Source of the DNA: Beijerinckiaceae bacterium
GTDB taxonomy: Bacteria > Pseudomonadota > Alphaproteobacteria > Rhizobiales > Beijerinckiaceae
DNA length: 64,000 nt
Assembly: GCA_965246795.1 (NCBI GenBank)
Contig: CBDFFN010000012.1
Span: 30,742 to 94,741, forward strand
Reading direction: 5' to 3'
Shown here: positions 56,345 to 64,000 of the stretch, piece by piece
Layout of the letters: each line of letters starts with the position of its first letter
Position numbering within the stretch: position 1 is the stretch's first letter
The notes under the pieces: generated by a model
Seen by the model: the letters and a program-made list of their open reading frames with translations, nothing else
Database searches by the model: none
What the model was told of the DNA's origin: nothing
Made by a program: the position numbers and the translations under genes

Positions 56345-56653
56345 CTTTTTAAACAGCTCATTTATGTTCCATAATATCGCTTATGCGAATTACGTATATC
56401 TGGTTTGGAGACGCTTCCGCTAGTCGCCTCTCCAACTTCTCCCGTGATCGTCGGAGCAAGTTCGAGATTCTGGTAGCCAATCGCCACATTTGGCGTTATG
56501 TCTGATCGCGCGCGAACTCATGGCAATTGACCGTTACAATCAACGTTGGCTTTGGCTGGTTCTCGGACCGGTCTTTTCTGCGTTTCAGCGACATCGACAA
56601 ATGGGGCGCGTGCCCGGGAGTCCGGGCATGGACGATGAGACAACGAGACTGGC

Positions 56654-57379
56654 ATGAGCAAAGGTAGAGATTTCCGGCCGCGCAAACGTGGCTTCGACGA
56701 TGACGCGCCCTTCGGTGGCGGCGGTGGCGACGGCTATCGTCCGGCTCGGCCTCCGGCACGGTCCCAGTTTGGGCCTCCTGGCGGCGGTGCTTTTCCGGAC
56801 ATGGTTCCGTCAAATGCGCCGACGGTTGACGCGACCGTCAAATGGTTCAAGGGCGACAAGGGCTTTGGCTTTGTCGAACTCGGCAATGGCACTGGTGATG
56901 CTTTCTTGCATATCGGCGCTGTCCAGGCAGCGGGGTACGAGACCCTGCCCCCGGGCGCCAAGCTGAAGGTCGTCGTATCCGCTGGTCAGAAAGGCCAGCA
57001 AGTGACGCGCATCACGGAGGCCGATCTTTCGACGGCCACGCCGGAGCGCCCGCGCAGCGGCGGCTTTGGTGGTGGCGGCGGCGGCTTTGGTGGTGGTGGT
57101 GGCGGCGGCGGCGGTTATGGGGATCGCGACTCGCGTCCGCCTCGCCGTACGGCGCCCGACCCGTCGACGGCCATCTCGCTGTCCGGCAAGGTCAAATGGT
57201 TCGATGAGACCAAGGGCTTCGGCTTCGTGCAGTCGAACGACGGCGGCAAAGACGTCTTCGTGCATATCTCCGTTCTTGGCGCGTCCGGGCTCCACAGCCT
57301 GATGGAAGGCCAAGCCGTGAATATGCAGGTCGTCGACACACCGAAGGGCCGCGAGGCGCTTTCAATCTCCGCCGGCTGA
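56654..57379 (+). CDS. Cold-shock DNA-binding protein with two CSD domains and Gly-rich linkers
   Basis: Two VKWF.(G/E).KGFGFV RNP1-like cold-shock cores separated by (GGG)n tracts. Confidence 0.8.
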   Translation: MSKGRDFRPRKRGFDDDAPFGGGGGDGYRPARPPARSQFGPPGGGAFPDMVPSNAPTVDATVKWFKGDKGFGFVELGNGTGDAFLHIGAVQAAGYETLPPGAKLKVVVSAGQKGQQVTRITEADLSTATPERPRSGGFGGGGGGFGGGGGGGGGYGDRDSRPPRRTAPDPSTAISLSGKVKWFDETKGFGFVQSNDGGKDVFVHISVLGASGLHSLMEGQAVNMQVVDTPKGREALSISAG

Positions 57380-57400
57380 TCTACCACTTTTTCAGTTCGA

Positions 57401-57432
57401 ACGGCCGGCCTCGCGCCGGCCGTTTTCGTTTT
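57401..57432 (+). terminator. Intrinsic terminator after the cold-shock gene
   Basis: ACGGCCGGC-CTCGC-GCCGGCCGT stem followed by TTTCGTTTT. Confidence 0.5.
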
Positions 57433-57446
57433 CCGGCGCTGCACAT

Positions 57447-58271
57447 ATGAGCCCTGCTCCCGATCGCTCGATCGATCGCCTGATCGAGATCATGGCGCAG
57501 TTGCGCACACCGACGACCGGCTGCGCCTGGGATCTCGCGCAGACCTTCGCGACGACCACGCCTTACACGATCGAAGAGGCCTACGAGGTCGCGGACGCCG
57601 TGGCCCGCAACGATCTGCCCGATCTACGCGACGAACTCGGCGATCTTCTTCTGCAGGTCGTCTTTCACGCCCGGATGGCGCAGGAGCAAGAGGCCTTCGA
57701 TTTCGGCGACGTCGTCGCGTCGATCAACGCCAAACTCGTACGTCGACATCCGCATATCTTCGGTGATACGCGCGATTTAAAAGCAAACGAAGTCAAAGCG
57801 CTGTGGGACACAATCAAAGCGCAGGAAAAGGCTGCGCGCGCCGCCGAACGAGGACCTCAAGCGACGACCTCCGCGCTCGACGATACGCCCGCAGGCCTTC
57901 CGCCGCTTGGCCGCGCCGCGCAACTTCAGAAGACTGCAGCAGCGGTCGGATTCGACTGGCCCGACGTAACGCCGGTGATCGCGAAGGTTCGCGAAGAACT
58001 CGACGAGATCGAAGGCCTGCTCGCCGACCCCAAAGCGTCGGTCGAAGCGCGCAGCGAAGAGATCGGAGATCTCCTGTTTGCTGTCGTCAACCTCGCCCGC
58101 CATCTTGGAGTCGCGCCTGACGCTGCGATAACGGCCGCCAACCAGAAGTTCGCCCGCCGCTTTCGCGGCGTGGAAGCAATTCTGGCCGCACGCGGGTACA
58201 AACCCTCGCAGAGTACTCTCGCGGAAATGGATGCAGCCTGGGACGACGTGAAGCGGACTGAGAAGCGCTAG
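57447..58271 (+). CDS. mazG: Nucleoside triphosphate pyrophosphohydrolase MazG
   Basis: Tandem MazG EExxE motifs (EEAYEVADAV ... EELDEIEG). Confidence 0.85.
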   Translation: MSPAPDRSIDRLIEIMAQLRTPTTGCAWDLAQTFATTTPYTIEEAYEVADAVARNDLPDLRDELGDLLLQVVFHARMAQEQEAFDFGDVVASINAKLVRRHPHIFGDTRDLKANEVKALWDTIKAQEKAARAAERGPQATTSALDDTPAGLPPLGRAAQLQKTAAAVGFDWPDVTPVIAKVREELDEIEGLLADPKASVEARSEEIGDLLFAVVNLARHLGVAPDAAITAANQKFARRFRGVEAILAARGYKPSQSTLAEMDAAWDDVKRTEKR

Positions 58272-59638
58272 ATCGTCCCGGTCGGCCGCAAGTCTTGAGG
58301 CGCATGCGCTTGCGGAAAGCGCCGGACGACGCGCTCGGCGCGCTCTGGCGGAATGCGCAGCGTCACCCGCGTCGCGCCATCGGTCCCAGCGCGGCGATCA
58401 AGCACCTCGCAGGTCTCGTGCAGCCAGGCCAACGAAGCGCCGTCCTCTGCCGGAACATCGACTTCGAGAACGATGCGCCCCGTCGCAAGGCAGTCCTCGA
58501 TCGCATCGAGCAGAGACGCGATGCCTTCTCCCGTCAACGCCGACACAACGACGGGCCGTGCGCCGCGTGGCGTTGCCCGTGCGCGCCGCAGCAGCGCCTC
58601 CTGCCCCTCGGCATCGAGCGCGTCGAGCTTGTTCCAGACTTCGAGGAAGCGTCCGCGCGCCGGGTCGACACCGAGTTCGTCGAGAATGCGTTCGACGTCC
58701 CTGCTCTGCGCTTCGCTGTCGCCATGCGACATGTCGCGGACGTGCAGCACCACATCGGCAGAGATCACCTCCTCAAGCGTGGCGCGGAAAGCCGAAACCA
58801 GCGAGGTCGGAAGATCGGCGATGAACCCGACCGTATCGGAAAGAATGACGCGAGCGCCATGCGGGAGACGAACGGCGCGCAAGGTCGGGTCGAGCGTTGC
58901 GAACAGCAGGTCCTCCGCCACCACGTCGGCATGCGTCAGGCGGTTGAAGAGCGTTGATTTCCCGGCGTTGGTGTAGCCTACCAGCGCGACGACCGGCCAC
59001 GGCACATCCTGTCGGCGTGCCCGGCTCAGCCCCCGCGTGCGTTTCACCTGTTCGAGGTCGCGCTCGATGCGGCTTATCCGCTCCTGGATCAGGCGACGGT
59101 CGGTTTCGATCTGCGTTTCGCCAGGACCGCCAAGGAAGCCGAAGCCGCCGCGCTGCCGCTCCAGATGGGTCCAGGACCGCACAAGCCGCGATTTTTGATA
59201 GGCGAGATGCGCGAGTTCGACCTGCAGCGCGCCTTCCCTAGTCCGCGCGCGGCGGCCGAAAATTTCGAGGATCAGACCAGTGCGGTCGATGACCTTCGTC
59301 TTCAGCGCTTTTTCGAGATTGCGCTGTTGCACCGGCGACAGGGCGCAGTCCGCCACGACGAGGACGATCTCGCTCTCGGCAACGATGGCTGCGATCTCTT
59401 CGACCTTGCCTTTTCCGACATAAGTCGCCGGGCGAATGGCGCCCAGCATCACCAGAGAATGGCCGACAACTTCCACGTCGATCGCTGCGGCAAGGCCAAT
59501 CGCCTCGTCGATTCGCGCCTCGGGCGACCGCCCCGCTCCAGCACCAGCAGCCGTTCGCTCGTTGAGGTAGGGTCCAACCACCCAAACCCGCGCGCGCTTA
59601 TCGCCCCGTATTGGACGCGGACCGAGGTCGACGCTCAC
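58268..59638 (-). CDS. hflX: GTPase HflX
   Basis: G-domain G1 GYTNAGKST; HflX N-domain; immediately downstream of hfq. Confidence 0.9.
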   Translation of the reverse strand: MSVDLGPRPIRGDKRARVWVVGPYLNERTAAGAGAGRSPEARIDEAIGLAAAIDVEVVGHSLVMLGAIRPATYVGKGKVEEIAAIVAESEIVLVVADCALSPVQQRNLEKALKTKVIDRTGLILEIFGRRARTREGALQVELAHLAYQKSRLVRSWTHLERQRGGFGFLGGPGETQIETDRRLIQERISRIERDLEQVKRTRGLSRARRQDVPWPVVALVGYTNAGKSTLFNRLTHADVVAEDLLFATLDPTLRAVRLPHGARVILSDTVGFIADLPTSLVSAFRATLEEVISADVVLHVRDMSHGDSEAQSRDVERILDELGVDPARGRFLEVWNKLDALDAEGQEALLRRARATPRGARPVVVSALTGEGIASLLDAIEDCLATGRIVLEVDVPAEDGASLAWLHETCEVLDRRAGTDGATRVTLRIPPERAERVVRRFPQAHAPQDLRPTGTI

Positions 59639-59656
59639 GAGGTCATGGCCTGGGCG

Positions 59657-59905
59657 TTAACTGCTTGCCTCTTCGGTCGGTTCAAACATCTGGATCGGCT
59701 GGCCCGGCATGATCGTCGAGATCGCATGCTTATAAACAAGTTGCGAGTGACCATCACGGCGTAGCAGTACACAGAAATTGTCGAACCAGGTCACGATGCC
59801 CTGCAGCTTCACGCCGTTAACAAGAAAGATCGTGAGCGGAATTTTGTTCTTGCGGACATAGTTGAGAAACGTGTCCTGAAGATTTTGACTGCGTTCGGCC
59901 GCCAT
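59657..59905 (-). CDS. hfq: RNA chaperone Hfq
   Basis: Sm1/Sm2 motifs ([39 protein letters not shown] ... YKHAIST). Confidence 0.95.
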   Translation of the reverse strand: MAAERSQNLQDTFLNYVRKNKIPLTIFLVNGVKLQGIVTWFDNFCVLLRRDGHSQLVYKHAISTIMPGQPIQMFEPTEEASS

Positions 59906-60116
59906 TTCTTACCTTGCCCCTAGTGCCGCCCTCGCGGCCGCCTCCAGACGTATGCGCCCCGTGCCTCGCGCATACCAAACCGTTCATATCGTGCAAGACA
60001 CCGGGCTGGACAACCCTCCGCTCAGGCATCTGCGCAATGACACCTTACGGTCTGCAAACGAGAGGCCAGCAATCGTCCCTTCCGGTTACAGCACTGCTAG
60101 CACCCCGCTCTCTCCG

Positions 60117-61481
60117 TCAGTCGATCGATAGCGATTTCAATTTACGATGCAGGGCCGATCGCTCCATTCCGATGAATTCAGCTGTGCGGGAAATGTTGCC
60201 GCCGAAACGGCTGATCTGCGCAACCAGATATTCGCGCTCGAACATCTCGCGCGCATCGCGCAGCGGCATGCCGAGCAATTTTTCACCGCCGGCGCCGTTC
60301 GGCGTGCCGGGCACAAGCCCCACGACTTCGGACGGCAGCATTTCTGCGCTGATCTCCTGGTCGACATCCCCCGTCGCAAGGATCATCAGACGCTCGACGT
60401 TATTGCGAAGCTGGCGAATGTTGCCCGGCCAGTCATGCGACTGCAGCACAGCCATAGCGTCCTGTGCGATCTTGCGACGCGCCATGCCGGTCGTCTGCAG
60501 CACAAGATCCATGAAAAAGTCGATCAGCTCCGGAATGTCCTCGCGTCGCTCCGCCAACGATGGAACGCGGATCGGCACGACAGACAGACGATGAAATAAG
60601 TCCTCACGGAATGAGCCTTCGGCGATCGCAGCGCCTAGATCGCGTGATGTTGAAGAGACGATGCGTACATCGACGTTGACGCGCGTCGTGCCGCCGACCC
60701 GCTGGAAACTCTGATCGACAAGCACGCGCAGGATCTTCGCCTGTGTCTCGCGCGGCATGTCGGAGACTTCGTCGATGTAGAGGGTGCCGCTATGCGCTTC
60801 TTCCAGCGCGCCGATCTTGCGAGACCCGTTGTTGCCCTCGTTGCCGAAAAGTTCGATCTCCATCGTCTCCGGCGTTATCGTCGCCGCGTTGATGACGACG
60901 AACGGCCCTGCCTTGCGTCCAGACGCGTCGTGAATGGAACGCGCGACGAGTTCCTTGCCGGTGCCGGGACCACCCGTGATGAGAACGCGCGAATTCGCCG
61001 GCGCGACGCGGTCGATCACTTGTCGCAGCTGGTTGATGACAGTCGACGAGCCGATGATACGGTCGGTCGCGCCACTGCGCTGACGCAGATCGGAAACTTC
61101 GCGACGCAGGCGCGAGGTTTCGAGCGCGCGTTCCACGACAAGGCAAAGCCGGTCGGCCTTGAAAGGCTTCTCGATGAAATCGTAAGCGCCAGATTTGATC
61201 GCGCTCACCGCCGTTTCGATGTTGCCGTGGCCCGAGATCATCACGACAGGCAATTCGGGATGTTGCTTCTTCACGACCTCGAGCAATTGCAGCCCGTCGA
61301 GCGTCGAGCCTTGCATCCAGATGTCGAGGAAGGCGAGACCCGGCCGCCGCGCCTCGATTGCCGCAAGCGCTTCGTCCGAGTTCTTCGCTGTACGCGTGTC
61401 GTAGCCTTCGTCCGAGAGAATGCCGGACACGAGTTTGCGGATGTCGGACTCGTCGTCGACGATGAGAATGTCGGTTGCCAT
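60117..61481 (-). CDS. ntrX: Sigma-54-dependent response regulator NtrX
   Basis: Receiver domain (MATDILIVDDE); AAA sigma54-interaction domain (GESGTGKE-like GGPGTGKE, GAFTGA-like); Fis HTH. Confidence 0.85.
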   Translation of the reverse strand: MATDILIVDDESDIRKLVSGILSDEGYDTRTAKNSDEALAAIEARRPGLAFLDIWMQGSTLDGLQLLEVVKKQHPELPVVMISGHGNIETAVSAIKSGAYDFIEKPFKADRLCLVVERALETSRLRREVSDLRQRSGATDRIIGSSTVINQLRQVIDRVAPANSRVLITGGPGTGKELVARSIHDASGRKAGPFVVINAATITPETMEIELFGNEGNNGSRKIGALEEAHSGTLYIDEVSDMPRETQAKILRVLVDQSFQRVGGTTRVNVDVRIVSSTSRDLGAAIAEGSFREDLFHRLSVVPIRVPSLAERREDIPELIDFFMDLVLQTTGMARRKIAQDAMAVLQSHDWPGNIRQLRNNVERLMILATGDVDQEISAEMLPSEVVGLVPGTPNGAGGEKLLGMPLRDAREMFEREYLVAQISRFGGNISRTAEFIGMERSALHRKLKSLSID

Positions 61482-61490
61482 GTCGTCTCG

Positions 61491-63734
61491 TCAGTTTGCC
61501 TGGATCAGGGTTTTGGGTTCGGCCGACGTCTCGTCGGGTGCGGCCGGACCTAGCGGAAGGTCGATGCGGACGCGCGCGCCACGTCGGCCCACGGCGTCAA
61601 GAAGTTCGAGTCGGCCACCGTGCTCTTCAACGATCTTTGCGACGATAGGGAGGCCGAGTCCTGTTCCCTCGGATCGCGTCGTTACATAGGGCTCGAGCAG
61701 CCGTTGACGATTTTCCAACGGGAAGCCCTTCCCGTTGTCGCTGATGTCGATGATCGCGCGACCGTCGTCCGTCGACAGGACGATCTCGACAAAACCCTCC
61801 TCGCCGATTTCCTCGAACGCGGCGATACCCTCTGTCGCGTTCTTGATGACATTGGTCAGCGCCTGCGAGATCAGGCGCCGATCGAATGTCGTAACGACCG
61901 GCTGCGCGGGCAGCGATTCCTTCAGCGTGACGCCGGGATGGCCGACACGCATCAGAAACACAGCCTCACGCACGCACTGGCTAAGATCTTCGCGTTGCGG
62001 CCGCGCTTTCGGCATGCGCGCGAACGATGAAAACTCGTCGACCATGCGCTTGATGTCGTCGACCTGGCGCACGATCGTGTCGGTGCACTGGTCGAAAATG
62101 TCGCGATCCTGCGTAATGACGCGACCGTATTTGCGCTTCAATCGCTCCGCCGAAAGCGCAATCGGCGTCAGCGGATTTTTGATCTCGTGCGCGATGCGGC
62201 GCGCGACATCCGCCCACGCCGACGTGCGTTGCGCACTAACCAGGTCGGTGATGTCGTCGAGCGTTGCGACATAGCTGCGACCGTCAGCGACTGTCCCCGC
62301 AGATGTCACGCGCACGTTAACGGTGCGCTCCTTGCCATCGCGGAGCAGCGAGATTTGTTTCTCGACCGCGCGTCCAGTGCCGGCCGCGTCCTGCAGCACT
62401 GCAGCAATTTCCGGAAGCACCTGACCGACCGGCTGCCCGACGGCGCCATCGTTCGTCACGACCAGCTGCTCGGCGGAGCGGTTCAGCACCGACACGTCGC
62501 CTTTCGGATCGATGCCGATCACCGCGGCCGGCACGCCCGCAAGCACTGCTTCCGAGAACGCGCGACGTTCCTCGTTCAGGCTGTTGGCCGCAAGAAGCCG
62601 GTTCTGCTGCAGCCGTAACTCGGTCGTCATATTGTTGAAGGTCTCGCCGAGATGCGAAAGATCGCCCTCGGTGCGGTCGGGCGGTACGCGCACGAAGAGG
62701 TTGCCGGCCGCGACCTGATCCGTCGCGGAGATGAGGCGGCGGATCGGCGTCACGAGCTTGTTCGCGAAAGACAGGCCGAGCCACACCGCCGACAGCAACA
62801 TGATGAACGCAAGCAGCGAAAACATGATCGCAAAGGCGAGCAGGATGTTGCGGCGGTGCGCCTCGAAACCGTTGTAGATCGCGATGAGGTTCGCGGCCTG
62901 TTCGGGAAATTGCATTGTGAACGGATCGATCGGTCGCGCAACGTAGAGAAACGCACCGTCGTAGGCCTTGAGCTCGCGCAAGGCGACAAAGGCCTTGCCG
63001 TCTTCCAGCACGAGGCAGGTCGGCTCGCCGCTGCGCGCGTCCGCGAAATCGTTCGTTTCGGGCTTGCTGACCGTCGTCTTCGGTTGCCCCTCGGCGGAAT
63101 AATCCACCTGATCGAGGATCGTGCCGTCTTCACGCATCAGCGCCGCCGACGTGAAGCCAAGAAATTTCGCGCGGGTGAAAAGGAAATCGTGAAAAAGCTT
63201 TCGGTCGACATCGAACATCGGCCGCGCGCGATCGAGGTCGGATGTCGTGAGGTTCGCTTCCTGCAGCAGTGAATGGCATTGCGACTGACGGAAGAATTGC
63301 GCCGCGGTCGCCGTGTTGAAAATGAACGAACGTACGTCGTTCATGAAGGCAGGGCTGATGGCGCGATCAATCGTGACAGCGCCTGCGATCGCCATCAATA
63401 TCGCCGGCACCGCCGCGATGATCGAGAAAAGTTTGACGATGCGCAGATGCAGTCGCGCACCGGCGACGCCTTCGCGCCATGCGGACACGATTGTCCAACC
63501 TTCGACGACAACAATCGCAACGAGGATGAGGATTGCGACGACATCTGCGATGAACAGTGCGGTAACGATCTCGCCTGTCGGCGCGATCGACGTTAGGCCG
63601 GACAAAACGAAAAAACTGGCGAGCGCGCATATCAGCGCGAAGATCACCGCAAACGGTCCGAGCCGCGTCAGCACGCGCGCGGCCGTACCACGGTTCACTT
63701 CGTCCGATTCAATAGAGTTCGCCGCGTCCGTCAC
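61491..63734 (-). CDS. ntrY: Sensor histidine kinase NtrY
   Basis: N-terminal transmembrane and HAMP region; PAS; HisKA H-box (RRIAHEIKNPLTPI); HATPase_c (GTGLGL). Confidence 0.85.
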   Translation of the reverse strand: MTDAANSIESDEVNRGTAARVLTRLGPFAVIFALICALASFFVLSGLTSIAPTGEIVTALFIADVVAILILVAIVVVEGWTIVSAWREGVAGARLHLRIVKLFSIIAAVPAILMAIAGAVTIDRAISPAFMNDVRSFIFNTATAAQFFRQSQCHSLLQEANLTTSDLDRARPMFDVDRKLFHDFLFTRAKFLGFTSAALMREDGTILDQVDYSAEGQPKTTVSKPETNDFADARSGEPTCLVLEDGKAFVALRELKAYDGAFLYVARPIDPFTMQFPEQAANLIAIYNGFEAHRRNILLAFAIMFSLLAFIMLLSAVWLGLSFANKLVTPIRRLISATDQVAAGNLFVRVPPDRTEGDLSHLGETFNNMTTELRLQQNRLLAANSLNEERRAFSEAVLAGVPAAVIGIDPKGDVSVLNRSAEQLVVTNDGAVGQPVGQVLPEIAAVLQDAAGTGRAVEKQISLLRDGKERTVNVRVTSAGTVADGRSYVATLDDITDLVSAQRTSAWADVARRIAHEIKNPLTPIALSAERLKRKYGRVITQDRDIFDQCTDTIVRQVDDIKRMVDEFSSFARMPKARPQREDLSQCVREAVFLMRVGHPGVTLKESLPAQPVVTTFDRRLISQALTNVIKNATEGIAAFEEIGEEGFVEIVLSTDDGRAIIDISDNGKGFPLENRQRLLEPYVTTRSEGTGLGLPIVAKIVEEHGGRLELLDAVGRRGARVRIDLPLGPAAPDETSAEPKTLIQAN

Positions 63735-63883
63735 TCGTCACCAATGATCCCGTTGGGGATTCTATCAACCGCCAGTGGCAGTGACGCAACGGTGTTGCGC
63801 GATTGCGACGGATTTCTGGCGAAGGTGGGACGATGACCGTTGCGTGGCGCTTTCGACCGCGCAAATCTGTCTTTTGAACCGCT

Positions 63884-64000
63884 CTAACGCGGCAGGCGCA
63901 TCATCTTGATTTCGAGATCGCGGACTTTCTTGCGCAGCGTGTTGCGGTTAAGGCCTAAGAGTTCTGCCGCTTTAATCTGATTGCCGCGCGTCGCCGCCAG
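63884..64000 (-). CDS. ntrC: Nitrogen regulation protein NtrC, C-terminal fragment (5' part lies beyond the window)
   Basis: Minus-strand translation ...[38 protein letters not shown]-stop is a Fis-type HTH of NtrC-like regulators; conserved position upstream of ntrYX. Confidence 0.7.
   Translation of the reverse strand: MAATRGNQIKAAELLGLNRNTLRKKVRDLEIKMMRLPR

Noticed and set aside
1-64000. CRISPR arrays, IS elements, transposases, integrases
   Set aside because: No short direct-repeat/spacer periodicity, no terminal inverted repeats with a DDE or tyrosine-recombinase ORF were found on either strand.

Overview
High-GC (~65%) alphaproteobacterial chromosome segment, Rhizobiales-like, with core housekeeping blocks interleaved with accessory material. 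Core blocks are metC, lexA, rhlE-like helicase, rpsB-tsf, rlpA-dacA-tmk-holB-metG-tatD, a two-CSD cold-shock gene, mazG, hflX-hfq, ntrX-ntrY and the 3' end of ntrC. The window opens in a phage-like remnant (Gp49/Sf6-gp66-like protein plus small compact ORFs) next to tRNA-Pro, an NDUFS4-like gene and tRNA-Arg(TCT). An ~11 kb envelope-themed region follows, bounded on the right by a second tRNA-Arg read with a TCG anticodon. It holds a tandem PilZ protein, an alpha/beta-hydrolase-SPOR fusion and an L,D-transpeptidase. It also holds a three-gene minus-strand operon encoding a Tat-signal protein-L-isoaspartate O-methyltransferase, an 882-aa membrane spermidine-synthase-like fusion and a secreted caspase (C14) protease with three tandem SH3b repeats. 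This operon is my best candidate for an undescribed extracytoplasmic system. Other points of interest are a lexA operon with a GTTC-N7-GTTC SOS box shared with a divergent secreted protein, a Tat-metallophosphoesterase/cupredoxin/ECF-sigma/anti-sigma operon, an FAD-oxidoreductase/GtrA/GT39-like glycosylation triad, and an ssuABC-like ABC transporter. Between tsf and tRNA-Ser sits an accessory block carrying a TetR-MFS pair, a frameshifted PaaI thioesterase, two tandem transglutaminase-like paralogs, a DUF6356-like gene and a YeaQ-family gene. No CRISPR array, integrase, transposase or rRNA was seen. All calls rest on reading the translations and the DNA by eye; no searches were run.
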